64,000 bases of DNA from positions 1-64,000 of the forward strand of contig NIVC01003569.1 of the NCBI GenBank assembly GCA_002269645.1. The letters are read 5' to 3'. Shown here in pieces: positions 47,129 to 60,492 of this stretch; positions within the stretch are counted from its first letter, which is position 1; each line of letters begins with the position of its first letter. The stretch comes from Macrostomum lignano (lineage: Eukaryota). The position numbers were made by a program, and so were the translations under genes. The notes beneath the pieces were generated by a model. The model was not told the DNA's origin. It saw only the letters and a program-made list of their open reading frames with translations, and did no database searches.

Positions 47129-50100
47129 TGTGAATTGGCTGTCTTATACCGATTTGAACTATACTGCTTTGTGCGCTTGGCTGCTCAATTTTAGCTTACC
47201 ATTGTAGACCCTCCCCCTCCACTGAACTGATCGATTTCTATTTATGCGTACAGTACTTCTTCGCAATGTACATCGTTCGTCCTAACTACATGTACTCAGT
47301 TCTATAATACAATATAAAGGACCAACGCGTCAGTTTAGAAACGCTGTCTACAACTTGCGGCTCAAGCCAATTCAATCGCTTCGTCTCAATCTCAATTCAT
47401 CACAATGGCGACGAGGACTTTTGGCCAAATTCCAGAACTTTCTGCTGAATCAGACCTTGAAATCTACGCTGAGCGCATGAACCAATATTTCATATGCAAC
47501 AAAGTTGAGACTGCCGAGGCCAAGCGTGCTATCTTTCTTACTGCCATTGGTGAGAAGTACTACAAATTGCTTCGCGACTTGTGTCAGCCACAGAAACTGA
47601 CTCAAAAATCCTACGAAGAGCTGCAGGACATACTAAAGAAGCATTGCTCGCCTGAACCTTCGGAGATCGCCGCACGTTTCAAATATCAGCAACGTCTTCA
47701 GCAAGATGGTGAATCTTTCGCTAACTTCTTGGCAGGACTAAAAAACGCTGCAAACCATTGCAAGTTTGGCGAATCCTTCAGGAGCGACTTCGAGATCAGT
47801 TTTTGTTCGGAATGAGAAGCGACAATTTCCGCTCTAAGCTACTTGAGAGTTCGGATCATTCGTACGCTGGGCTGATCAAACTGGCCTTGGACCTCGAAGC
47901 TGCTCACAAATCTTCAAGCGAGATGGCGCACACTTCAGCAACCAATCGAGTCAGCGCGAATCCATCAGTGGCACGCCCGAGAGCACAGTACATCAGCCAA
48001 CACTCTGGTCCCGCTGGATCAGCATCCAAGCCAGGTACCTGCGACAGCTGTGGAGGTCCACATTCGCGTCAGACCTGTAAATTCCGTAATTCGAAATGCC
48101 ATGCTTGCGGGAAGGTTGGCCACATTAAGAAGGTTTGCAGGTCAGCAAAATCTGTGAAACTCCTAGAGGAGAATGAAACCGGGTCTCAGTACGACGAAGA
48201 AAACTACGAGGAAGAGCCAATATTTCATGTCTCAATGACTTCCAAGTCCCCGATTCTGGTGCCTCTGCAAATCGAGGAAGTGCAATCTCATTTTGAGCTG
48301 GACACAGGATCTGCTGTAAGTCTCGTTCCTAAGGCATTCTATGATAGCCATTTGTCTCATCTGCGACTGCATCCGTCCAAGACGACTCTGCGAACCTACA
48401 CGGACCAGGAGTTCTCTCCGATCGGAGAAGTAACAGTGAAGGTCACTTACGAAGGGCAGGTAGCTTCTCTGCCGCTACTCGTGGTGTCTGAAGGCAGCGC
48501 TCGACTCCTGGGACGCAACTGGCTAACCGTCATCCGCCTAGATTGGCCTCGCTTGACAGCACCTGTCAACTCGTTGATCGCAGCACCTAACGATATGGCT
48601 ACTGAGCTGGTCCGTCAGTTTCCGGATGTCTTCGCCGAGGGTCTCGGTAAGTATCGCCTCAGTGAAGTCGACCTTCATTTACAAGAAAATGCTACGCCAA
48701 GGTTTTACAAGGCGCGACCGATTCCCTATGCTCTGCGTGAGACCGTCGATTTAGAGCTTCAGCGCATGGAATCAGAAGGGGTCATCACTCCAATAGCGAC
48801 CTCTCGATGGGCTGCCCCGATTGTGCCAGTAGTAAAGAAGGACGGTTCTGTACGAATCTGCGGAGATTACAAGTGCACATTCAACCAGGTCGCAAAGCAA
48901 GAGCACTACCCTCTGCCGAGGATCGAAGATTTATTTGCGAGACTGGGTGGCAGCCACAAATGGAGCAAACTCGACCTGGCAAAGGCATTTCTGCAGCTCC
49001 CAATATCAGAAGACAGCAAACAGTACCTCGTTATCAACACTCAACGTGGACTGTTCAAGGTGAACCGCCTGCCATTCGGTATCTGCTCGGCCAGTGCAAT
49101 TTTTCAACGCATCTTTGACAGTCTGCTCGGGCATCTCAACGGCGTCCAGGTTTATCAGGACGACATCCTGGTTACCGGGTCTTCACTGGCGGCTCACAAA
49201 GAAAATCTGCTGCAAGTCCTGCACAAGCTTCAAGAGGCCGGACTGCGTCTCAACGTCGCCAAGTGTGCTTTCTTCCAAGACTCCATCGACTATTTGGGCC
49301 ACCGAATTGACCAACACGGGCTGCGGCCGCTCGAGAGCAAGGTCGACGCCGTTCAGAACGCGCCGGCTCCGAAAGACGTATCTCAGCTGCGATCCTATTT
49401 GGGAATGCTGACGCATTACGCCAAGTTTCTTCCCAACCTGGCATCAGTCGTGGCGCCGCTTAATCAGCTCTTGTCGAAGGGAGTCAGCTGGCTTTGGGGC
49501 GACCGCGAGAATGAAGCCTTCCAAGCATCGAAGCGAATGCTGCTCGAATCAAAAGCTCTGATGCACTTTGATCCAAATCTGCCGATTCGTCTCGAGTGCG
49601 ACGCTTCCGCGTACGGCATTGGCGTGGTTCTCAGTCACCGGGTGGGCGGTCAGGATCACGCGATCGCATTTGCTAGCAAGTCGTTGACTTCAGCCCAGCG
49701 AAACTATTCTCAGCTGGATAAAGAGGCACTAGCCATAATCTACGGTGTCCAACGCTTCCACCAATTCCTCTATGGGCGGCACTTTACGATTGTCACTGAC
49801 CATCAGCCTCTGCTGGGACTGCTGGGCCCAGACAAAGAGATTCCGACACGTGCGGCTGCCAGGATGCAGCGATGGGCCATCCGTCTATCTGGATACCGGT
49901 ACGCCATGGAGTTCAGGCCCACCCAGAAGCACAGCAATTGCGACTCTCTTTCCCGGTTGCCTCAAAAAGGAAACTTTATTGAAGAAGAGGCGGTGCACTC
50001 GCTCACGCTCGAGGAGGACTCTTCCATTGCTGTGACTGCGGCTTTGGTCGCCAAAGCAACTCTGGCTGACCCTATACTGTCCAAGCTGCTTCGCCTTCTG

Positions 50101-51966
50101 CAATCCGGAGAGCGACTATCCGGCAAAGAATTTCCAGAGTTCGCTCATCAGCAAAACGAGATGACCATCGAAGCCGGCTGCTTACTCTGGGGGACTCGCG
50201 TTATAATCCCGGAGGCCCTGCGCAAGCCCGTCCTACAGGAACTCCATTTGGCTCACACCGGTGCCAGTCGCATGAAAGCCCTGGCACGCAGTTTTGTTTG
50301 GTGGCCAGGGCTGGACAAGGACTTGGAGCAGTTGGCTAGAACATGCGAAACCTGCAAGGCTCACCAGTCTGATCCAGCCAAAGCTCCGGTGCATCCTTGG
50401 ATATTTTCCAGCGAACCTTGGAGCAGAATTCACTTGGACTTTGCTGGTCCTGTTAATGGGCGAGTCTACCTGGTCATCATGGACGCTCACAGCAAATGAC
50501 CCGAGGTTCGTCTAGTCAAGGATACTTCAGCAGAAACCACCATCGCACATCTCTGTGAAATCTTCAGCCGTCTGGGCCTACCAAGAATTATTGTCTCCGA
50601 CAACGGGCCTCAGTTCATTTCCAGGGAATTCGCAAGCTTTACACGCAGCAACGGCATTCGGCATGTCACGTCAGCGCCTTACCATCCTGCTACGAACGGT
50701 CAAGCTGAAAGATTTGTACAAACACTGAAGCTGCACATCAGGAAATCCGGTCACTCCGCCGCTGCTTTGCAACGCTTTCTCTTCGCCTACAGGGTAACGC
50801 CGCATTCGACTACAGGCACCTCTCCCAGCGAACTGCTTCTGGGACGTCGGCTGCGCTCCAGACTGGACCTTCTGCGGCCATCTCTAGTAGACCAAGTGCG
50901 CGATAGGCAAGAGGCTGCCGCTGAGTCCCAGCGCCGCACCCGGTTCTTCGGGATCGGCGAAAATGTTCGAGTGAAAGGATTCGGCAAGGAATCCGGCTGG
51001 CTGCCTGGAGTGGTCGTCGCGGCGTCGCAACGGAACTACGATGTTCGAGTTGGCACCAGCATCGTCCGGCGGCACGTTGACCAGATGCTGCCTGATTCGG
51101 CGCAGCCTCCGCCATCCGCCGCTGACTCTCAGCACCTCGGCACCAGCATCTCGACTCCATCGTCGGCGCCTCCGGCTCTAGATGTTCTGAGCCCCGCGGC
51201 TGTCTCCGAGCCCGCTATCCAGCCACCATCGGAGGAAAGAGCCGCGGTCCCCGCAGGCCCGGCAGACAAGGCGGCAGCCGCGGACGCGGACGTACCTGAC
51301 CAGTTGCCAGAGGGTGCGACCCGCCGATACCCGCCTCGAATTCGGTCATGTCCAGAGCGACTTCAAGTGGGGGTGTGATGGGTGACTGTGCGGGAGCTGA
51401 CAATGATCTTGAACTGACTTTTCGCAAATTCTCCTGTCTCTCAGGTAACCCATTATTACGTATGTTTCTCCAATACAAATTATTGATTCACTACTAATTC
51501 TAGTTTTCGACAATGCAATATTTCGCTATTTTGTTCGACACAATTTTATTTCCTTACTTTTCATCGGCTCAGCAGTTGTGTTTGCTAATTCGATTGTTTT
51601 CCAATACTAAAATACTACATGTACGCTATCGTCGATTCGCTTTTCGTAAAAATTCATCTCATTGATCCCACTTCCCCTTGGGGAGGGAAGTGTGAATTGG
51701 CTGTCTTATACCGATTTGAACTATACTGCTTTGTGCGCTTGGCTGCTCAATTTTAGCTTACCATTTTAGACCCTCCCCCTCCACTGAACTGATCGATTTC
51801 TATTTATGCGTACAGTACTTCTTCGCAATGTACATCGTTCGTCCTAACTACATGTACTCAGTTCTATAATACAATATAAAGGACCAACGCGTCAGTTTAG
51901 AAACGCTGTCTACAACTTGCGGCTCAAGCCAATTCAATCGCTTCGTCTCAATCTCAATTCATCGCA
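47129..51966 (+). mobile_element. Near-complete Ty3/Gypsy (Mag-clade) LTR retrotransposon
   Basis: 276-bp LTRs 47129-47404 and 51691-51966 with 2 visible mismatches. TSD ACTTC (47124-28, 51967-71). PBS TGGCGACGAGGA at 47406, PPT GGGGAGGGAAG at 51680. Confidence 0.97.
47405..51378 (+). pseudogene. gag-pol polyprotein (Gag, PR, RT, RNase H, IN) with one frameshift and one premature stop
   Basis: Knuckles CDSCGGPH/CHACGKVGH; LDTGSAVS; YQDDILV; CDASAYGIG; HHCC-type LHLAHTG..CETC; HLDFAGP. Frameshift near 47770, TGA at 50497 in SK*PEV. Confidence 0.95.
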
Positions 51967-51971
51967 ACTTC

Positions 51972-53553
51972 CAGGAAGTAATTTCTCTTATTCCAAAAAG
52001 TAGGCATAGTGCTCCGGACTTGCAAAATCACCTCACTGACTGCCTTGCTCTGCTTGATCGGGTTCACCTGAAGCCAGTGTTGTGCATTGTTGACAACAAT
52101 GCAGTGAATAGGAGCCTCTTTCAAGGTCTTCTATGCAAAGACAAGCTGCAATCATCAATTCCAAATCCGTTGTCTGGCGAGCCGCTGTTCCTTCTCTTCG
52201 ACCCTGTACACAACTTTAAGAACATCTTGAACAATTGGATTTCGCGCCAGGTGTTTCAATTTCCGGACTTCACCGATCCCCAGAAAATCTAAACAGCAGA
52301 TTTTCGCGATTTGCACAAACTTCATGAACAAGAACTTGGGCCACCAGCTCGGATCGCCTTTCAACTGAATACAAGGTCCTTGAATCCAACGAACCTGGAG
52401 AAGACTAATGTTCAGCACGCAGCCAGCATCGATCTTCAGCGAGTCTACTGTAGAAGCAGCAAAGTTCTACAATTTTTCCTCTGACTTGGTAGCTTTCCTA
52501 GCGCTCATTCTTAACATGTGGACGATCTGGAATGTCAAGACCACTAGGAAAGCGAAGGAAAAGCGGCTTCCCGACGCCGCTCTTCTGGTGCCAAACGATC
52601 ACCGCCTCGACAAGCTGCGCCAGTTTGCCGCTTTCTTCCAACGTTGGGAGGATTCGAAGTTTCCCGGCTTGACTGCTCCCACTTTCCTTGCTGTTAAATC
52701 CTGCTGTCTCAATCTTGCTGATCTTTCCGAGCACCTTTTCTCTAGGTATTTATTTCCCTCTGTTTTGACAGGTAGGATAGTCAGTGACTGGATCGAGCGG
52801 CGCTTTGGTCGCTACCGCCAGTTTCACGGAGACAACTATTTTGTTTCTGTCCGGCAGATCCTTCAAGCCGAGAAGAAAATTCGCGTTTTCAGCCTGCTTC
52901 AGTTTCATGGCCTTGGACTGAAAGATTTAAAAATTCTTGACCAGGCGAGTTCATTCGAGTTTTTTAATCCACTCTTATCCGTGAAGCTTCCAGTTCTCCA
53001 GCATCTTGACGCCGCTCTTACATCTAGTGACAGAAACATTTGTTCCTATCTTGGTGGCTACGTGTCTAAAGCTCTATGCGGCCAGCTGAAGTGCACTGAC
53101 TGCAAGAATCTTCTACTTACTAACGATTACTTGGAGTTTATTGCCCAAGAAGACTGTGCTGACGACTTTGCCCTGATTCAAATGCGTGACCGAGGCGGTC
53201 TGAAGTGCCCCAGCAAATTCGTATTTTTTCTTTTGAAGGCATCCTACTTCATGTTTGGACATCTGCGAGATAATGGTCTGTTAATTGCTGATCTTCTCAC
53301 CTCTGGTAATTTAGTTCAAAATATTGTTGAGCTCTGCCAGGACTACGTGAGTGAATCCACTGATTTTACGACCCTTTCAAGCCGGACTTGCAGTTGTAGA
53401 AAGGCAGCTGCTACTCTTTCTTCGCGGATCTTAATTCCTGCAGTCCGGATTTATCTAAAGAATTCTGTCAATGAGACAAACGATGAGAAGGCGAAGAACC
53501 AGAAGGCGACGAATCGTAAGGCGTCCAAGCTTTCCAGCAAGAGTTCGAGTTAG
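51972..53553 (+). pseudogene. C-terminal part of the P-type transposase
   Basis: FQEVISLIP resumes ..SLHGD across the insertion; IVDNNAVNR; FDPVHNFKNILNNW; SDWIERRFGRYRQFHGDNYFVSVRQ; YLGGYV..C..C. Confidence 0.88.
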
Positions 53554-55149
53554 CTGTTTAATATGCGTTTTAACGAGGGAAGCTCAGATTTTAAGCCAAG
53601 ATTTTTCCTTTTGTGTGTAATATTTAATGACGATTTTTAGTTTTTTTTCAGTTTCATTTATTTGTTGTATACTTTGTAATCGCAGCTTTTTATTTTCCAA
53701 ATAAACACGTATCAATTTATACACTTTTTTATACTGAGTGCACTGAAATAAGTGGGCTCTCGGGTAGTCTGGGGAAGAAAAACGAGACCCAACTTCAACT
53801 TGTATAGGCACGATTTCAGTGTCGCTTCCTGGTGAGCGAAGCGAGCAGAAGGCTTCCCTGCCCTAGCTTAGGCTAGTAAGGATCGAGAGAGTACATGGCT
53901 AGATTTGTTGAGGTTGGTTGGTTGGATTGGTAATTGGTAATGACTAGATTGGTATTAGAGTAAAAGCTGCCACTTGTTGACTACTGGTTTCGGAGTGGAA
54001 ACTTTAACATGTTACTGAGCGTAACAACTTTGGGCCAGCAATTGACTTTATGTAATTCAACTGAAAAGTACGAGTCTAATAGCAATGGGTTTTAACATGA
54101 TAAATGTTTTAATATTATTATTTGTGTTATGTGTTATTTTTTATGATGATTTTGAGGTATTTGAGTTCAGATCTGCGCGATGACGCTCGGTAAAGTAGAA
54201 TTTCACGGCCAGTTAGCTGTGCATTAGATTTAGATGTGCTTCTGTATCCATCTTAAACTACGCGATCGATTTAACAGGACGCTGGGGCCTCCGAATTTCA
54301 CTACTCCGCGGATGTCCAGCAGGGAACATTCGTCAACAATGGTTTTGTAAGTTCAGAAATTCCTGTTGACTTTACATGCGCTATTTTATGATGCTTCATG
54401 CGTTTAGGGACATTGTGAGCAGTTCGTGTCATGTATTGAAGTTTATACAGGTACCCTGCTTACCCTCATTTAACTTGCTGCCATGTGCAATTTGCATCAT
54501 TGCAAGTACTTTTTCCCGCCTGTTGTGTGTGGCTTGTGTACTAATATCGCTATTCTATTGACTCCGTAGTTTCGTGTACTTCAGTGTACGAGCTACACTG
54601 TTCACACCCCTTCTATTTGTGTTCTAGACGCTAATCGGCTTGTTTACCCAATGTCTGGGTCTAAGAGTTTTCGTAGCTTGCAACTATTATAACATGACTT
54701 GGCTTATATATTTCATAACACCGCCTTCGCAAAGAACTGAAAAACTAAAACTCAAAAGAAAAAAATTATAGTTACTACGCGTTTTGGTCCACCTAAAATC
54801 CCACCTAAAAGCTCGGGGCAATTTTTCCGGTTTAATGGCTACCCAAAAAGCATTATAGGCATGATTATCAATTCGTTTGAAACTCAAAAATTACCCGGAA
54901 TCCTGATAAAAAGATCAAAAGAGACTAGTGGGGCAGAGAGTAGCACAGACAAAGAGACATCTAGCTAGTCTTTGCGCGGACGCGTTCGCAGAACAACCGA
55001 GAAGGGCAAGTCATAGCGGACTGGGGGCTGAGTCCAATGGCCTGCAAGTCAGTGGTTCTGATAAAGCACTGATTACTCTGCCACTCCTTGGTGTTGCGTC
55101 TCGTCTATTTAGTTCAAGAATTGCTTTAAAAGGCTCTTCTCAGAGCTTT

Positions 55150-55490
55150 TGAAAGCCACATCACAGTGGTCTTACGGGCCGAAAACTTCGGGTCATTATG
55201 TGTGCAAGTTGAAGTCGGTTGTTTCTCGTGATCTGAATGCTTGTGTCGTTTATAAATTTTGCTGCTCTGGTGATCAAAGCGTTTACTACGTGGATAATAC
55301 CAAAAGACTAAGACACATGCCATACCAGGGCCAGAGAACAACTGGCTAAAAAACTCTGCAATCAATGACCACTTACTTACTTGGATCCAAAGACTGCTGT
55401 GATAGTGAGCCTATTCAGCTGTTTTATCGTTGCAATTCCGACTTTAAGCTTAGGATCTTAGAGGCTATACACATTTGGGTCATTTAATGA
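55150..55490 (+). pseudogene. Degraded Penelope (Poseidon-like) GIY-YIG endonuclease fragment
   Basis: KLKSVVSRDLNACVVYKFCCSG..YV..T.R, later CNSDFKLRILEAIHI. Confidence 0.65.
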
Positions 55491-58239
55491 GGGTGCTCCA
55501 CTTCTGGCCTAGGACTGTCCCTGATTTGTTTGACCGCCTTATCAACCACCCTTATACATGTATATTCAGCATCATCGAAAAATCGCCATTACAGAAGATT
55601 CCGTCTGTGGTCGCCACTTTTGCGAGTGAAGCAACTTAGCTTTGTATATGCCGCGGTAGACTTGAGTTGAGGAATAAAGTGGGGGAGCAGTGTGCGAGAG
55701 TTGGACGGATTAAAGCTACCCCGATCAGTTTTCTCGTATCTTTTATTTCAGAATAGTACAAGAGAAATCATGCTCACTGGCGCATAGAGTGGCGACTTTT
55801 CAATGTTGCTGAGATTATGTATTTGTTGGGACAATTATTTTACTTTTAATAATAATAATTTATTTTTCCATAATAATGTACTTTTTAAAACCCTTATGTA
55901 CTCTACGCTTGTTTTCAATTTATTTTCTTACCCTACGTACACAGTACTTGAAGTAGAAGGCAGACCGAAACGTGTTGCAATAATAAATGTTAATTTGAGC
56001 TTTTGTTTATTTCACTGGTTAAGCGAATTCAATTCCTAAGAAGTAAAACTTAGAACTAGAAAACTTAATCACTGACACTAACACATGATGGCGCCTCCCA
56101 TTCATCAAGTATTACGAGTAATAAGGGGTCCTCATGATACTGTTATGTAGGAGAGTCAGGCACACGAAGTTCGGTAGCACGGGCTTTTGAGACCCGCTGG
56201 CGCGGGTTCAGTTCTGCGCCATTTAGCAAAAATCCATATTTTCCTTGTTTTGAACGTCGTAGTTGTCTGTCAGGCTGATTATGAATAAGACAGGCGTAGC
56301 AGTCATTTTTATGCTCAGGATCAGTGAAGCGTTGTTTTTCACCGATGACTGAACTTTGCGAAATCGTGTAGTTCACGGAGGAGTCATTGGATATTTCGAA
56401 TGCTTCTGAATGAAGCTTGCTGTCATTTTCAAAATGTTTAAAAAGTTTATGAAATTTTTTTGCTTGGCTGCCGTTCTCGACTCGGGCGCACCAAAAGTCG
56501 CTTCCCTTGTCTAACAGAGAAATTAAAAAGCTGCTGCCATTGTTTTTTCACAGCAATAACCAATATTACGACCTAGTATTTTATCTCAAAACTGCTTATG
56601 CTAAGCAGAAGCAAATAAATCAGTAATAACTGTTCACCACCACAACTGATAGGAGAGAGCAGACCGCACCGAGCCGGACAGCCACTCTGGTCCGCATTGC
56701 TCCCAAGCAGCTGGCAGCTCCAATAGTGTGCAGTTCTCCAGCAAGCACACATTCCACACAAATGAGGCGTTCGAGCAGCAGGATCGAGTCTAAGATAAAG
56801 TGAAGTGATTTGCAAAAATTGATTGCTGGTAGTGGCTTACTCTTCGTATTTTTTTACTTGCTTCTTTTTAATATTTGAGTGCAAGGTCTGGGAAGTGTCA
56901 GTCAGCCTTCGTTTTTACATCGTCCTTGAACTACAAGGGAACGCGTCCGTGCAGGTCTCCGTGCAGAACTCTAGCAAACCGCGACACTCAGAATGCCCTT
57001 CCATGACAGTTGCACTTTTGATAGTCGCACAAATGTGGCAATTATCCCTGACACTGGTTTTTGCCTCTTAATTTTTATTAGCAGCTTGTACTTTTGTTAG
57101 TTTGGTACATGCAGACACAAGTTTTTTATACCGTAATTTTGTGGTAAAAATGCTGCTCGATCAGTGCTTTTTACGCACTGACCCACACAAATTTGGGGAG
57201 TCGAAACGCAGTGGCTGGAGAGCAGATAGTCCGGAATAATGAGGAAGTAGCTAGCTCGTAATTAAGTTTAATTGGCTTGATTTAGACTTTACACACTGCT
57301 GGAAATGCTTCTGCTTGTAAAAATATTTTTCACAAGTGTATATATGTAACATGAAAACTGAAAAATCGCTCATTGCTAAATGTACAGTGTATGGCGATTG
57401 GCAAGTAAAAACATCTAGGAAATGTAAAGTAGTAAGAAGTATGTAAGAACTAAACATCTCAGAGAAGTGTCAGCTCTCTAGCCACTTCTGGATAAAAAAT
57501 GACAGGGATTATTGGAAGTTTAGGGATCATTAAGAGTTCATATTTTTATTGATACTTATTTATCTGTACGTACAAGTGAGCACTTGATCAAATTTTGAGA
57601 TGCGATAAATGCTCGGGCTCTCGAAGCTAATGTGGTCGCACTTGCACAATCTAAAATATACGCTATAATCCGTCAGTTTCTATTGTCTAAAAATTTTTAT
57701 TTTGCCTGTCTTTTTATCAGACCAATTTTGATTTTTAATTGCGCGCACATTCCTTGTAATCTCAGCTGCGGTTACGCTCTACCTTTTCACTGGCTGTTGG
57801 TTTTTAAATTTTGTGTCCGAGCCTTTTAAGCTTTTTAAGCACTTACTACACAATATTGCTTCCTTTTTGTTAGCTGAGCTCGAAATCCATTTGCTTGTAT
57901 TTTAAGATTTTTTGAGTGGTGAATACTTTCGGTTGGACTTTGATGCACTGTAATAGTAATGACGACTAGTAATAACAACAAGAAGTTATTCATGATTTAA
58001 ATAAGTATCCTAAACAGTTTCATTTTAAAAAGATCTTTGAAACACATTGTAACTTGCTTTAGAAGAAAATAGAAATTTCACGATACAAGGAATACAATTT
58101 CAAGTGCCATAAAGCTCAAAGACTAGATGTACGCTCGTACACTCGTACGCTGGCTCTCTTGTACTCGCCTTTCTTGTCCGTGCTGACGGCGAACATGCTT
58201 TGCTGGGCGGATTTGTCGCAGTCGACACCCTGAACCTTC

Positions 58240-58597
58240 TTCTAAGCTGAGTGCGGTGCCGTGGTCCTGCTCTTGCACACGCTGGCGAAGTGGTTGAGCT
58301 TCTCGCACTTCTGACATGCTTTGCCACGGGCAGCGAAGCGCGGGTCGCTGCCTGTGCGGTGGCCCGGCTTACCGCAGTGCAAACAGCTGGGCTCCTGCAA
58401 TGGTCGCGCTGCCTGGCCTCTGGGGCCAATCGGAACTCTCTTGGCGTTGATCTTTCTGATGCTGTCGTCAGTTGCATTCTTACCGGTCAAGGACTTTTCA
58501 CCTGGGCGGCAATCTGAATTGCTCCATCCAGGGTGAGCTCTTGCTCTAGCAGGAGGCGTTTACGCACCTTCGCTTATGAAGTGCCGAAGATCAGTTC
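58240..58597 (-). pseudogene. Mag-type Gag fragment with twin zinc knuckles
   Basis: VRKRLLLEQELTLDGAIQIA; CLHCGKPGH; ARGKACQKCEKLNHFASVC. Confidence 0.75.
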
Positions 58598-58860
58598 TGT
58601 AATGACTTAAGAACGAAGTCTTGATTAGCTATTGCACTGGGAAGTGGCTCCCGAGTGACAGACAGAAATAAGAGATGTGAGCCCGGACCGTGGCGTCCGG
58701 TTTGACTATATATTTGGGGGCTCCTGGGCCCCAACATAGAAAGGCGTGCTGTGGCACGAAACATACTCCTACGAATGGTACGAATGGTGGGAGTGGGCAG
58801 AAGGGGAGACTCCGATGAGTCAGTGAGGGGAACTAACAGGGTGCAAAATAACATTATTCA
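58598..58860. repeat. Solo-LTR-like segment
   Basis: TG..CA ends. Begins TGTAATGACT like the LTR at 62533 and separates two Mag coding fragments. Confidence 0.45.
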
Positions 58861-59290
58861 GTGGGAGCGGTAGACCCTGGCCAGGCTGTGGCCGCGATCT
58901 CGGTAGCGGCAGCGGGAGCGGCAGGCAGGTGCGCCGGTGTCTCGGAGCCGAAGGCTGGCAGCGATAGCAGCTGATCCGTGTGCCGCCGCATAAGAGTGCC
59001 GTCTGCGCTCACTCGCCAGACTCGACGGTGCCCTCTTGCTAACGGTTGCTAGTGGTGCAATCTCGCAACAGCACTCGGTCTCCAGGTCGGAACATCCTGG
59101 CCTGCCTGGGCGACTGTTGAAGCGCTGACTCCTGCTGCTGGTGCCGGTTGCTGACGAGTGAGGGCGTTAGCAGATCAAGCCGGGATCGAAGTCGGCGCCC
59201 GAAGAACAGCTGGCTGGGAGCCGATACCGTGGATGAATGCGGCGTATTGCGATAGTGTAGTGCATACGCCCTTGTAGGTTGGCAGGGCGC
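58861..59290 (-). pseudogene. Mag-type integrase C-terminal fragment
   Basis: YRNTPHSST..PSQLFFGRRLRSRLDLL..FRPGDRVLLR..RRHTDQL. Confidence 0.75.
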
Positions 59291-60143
59291 GTTGCACTTT
59301 GGGGCTGGCTAGGGGAAGTTGGCGGGCGTGGCAGGGTCTGGCCGCCGGCCGGGCTTTGCGCGTGCCCCTCTCCAGCCGTGCCCCTGCCCCGGGCTCAGGG
59401 CTGGTTGGCTGCGGCCGGGCCAGCTTTGGCGCGGGTGCGGCCCCTCCCCCCCCCCTAGGCGGGGTTTTGATTGGCTGGCCGGCGCGGCCAGTCTATTTTT
59501 TGGGTAGTTTGTTTGTTTTGGTGGGCTTAGCCGGTGGGGCCGTCTGCCCCACGGTTTGGGGTATTTATGGTGCGACTCTGGGTTTGCCCACGCCCTGTGT
59601 GCTTTTTGTGTTTTGGTGTGCTCCGAGAGTGCAAGCGCGAGACTTGACGCAAAAAACAGCAACATTAGCTACTTCGATAAAAGAAACACAAAAGCCTAAT
59701 CGAGAAGAAGTCAAACTGCGCTTGAGACCTACGAGCAAATCAATAAAACGTACGAACGGCAATTTGGCCATTGGTAAGCCGCCTGCTGCTTGAGTTCATT
59801 CTTTTCTGGGGAGCTTGTTAGGCTGCAGGGAGTTCTTGCCAGAGCGTCATAACGCCGGGAGAGCATATAGCGTATTGTAGTACTACCGGCTACTCTATAT
59901 AGTGTGTACAACCTACAGTATCGAGACTAGAAGCACTCGAGAGTGTCACCACACCTCGAGCCGCAGCGTGAACTCTGAGTGTCATGTCACAACACCAGAG
60001 GGATCGAACTATTATCGCAGAGCGTCGTCACGCCTGCTCGTATCCATAAAAGTACAGACAGAGCGTCACTACGCCTGTATATTACGCATAATATATATTG
60101 TATTCGGGACTGGGCACCCAAACCGACCCGGGTTACAACAAAT

Positions 60144-60161
60144 TGGCGCCCGAACAGGGAC
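60144..60161 (+). promoter_or_regulatory. Primer-binding site, tRNA-Lys(UUU)
   Basis: TGGCGCCCGAACAGGGAC is the full 18-nt complement of the tRNA-Lys3 3' end. Confidence 0.9.
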
Positions 60162-60199
60162 CCTGTCGTCCCTCTGAGTAGAAGTCTGATAGACCGTGA

Positions 60200-60492
60200 T
60201 AGATTGTCAGCGACTGCAAGCTATTATCAGCGATTGTCAGCGGCTGCAAGTGATTATCAGCGATTTTCAGCGACTGCAAGCGATTGTCAGCAACTGTACG
60301 CGATTGTCAACGGTTGTAAGCGATTGTCAGCGTTTGTCAGCGACTGCAAGCGATTGTCAGCAACTGTACGCGATTGTCAGCAACTGTACGCGATTGTCAA
60401 CGGTTGTAAGCGATTGTCAGCGACGGTTAGCGATTGTCAGTGATTGTCAGCGACTGTAAGCGATTTTCAGCGATCGTCAGCGATTTTCAGCG
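60200..60492. repeat. GCGATTGTCAGCGACTG-type short tandem repeats in the Gypsy leader
   Basis: Imperfect 10-20-bp units between the PBS and gag. Confidence 0.85.

Larger units (their letters stand above)
45586..53860 (+). mobile_element. P-element/THAP9-like DNA transposon (~3.4 kb) with nested LTR element
   Basis: ~44-bp TIRs CAGGGAAGCC..GGAAGCGACACT / AGTGTCGCTTCC..GGCTTCCCTG. 7-bp TSD CCCTAGC (45579-45585, 53861-53867). THAP and transposase remnants inside. Confidence 0.92.

Noticed and set aside
59299-59800. GC-rich ORFs of 164 and 118 aa
   Set aside because: Low-complexity Gly/Pro/Arg translations without motifs. The segment is probably an unclassified TE fragment, and its termini could not be defined.
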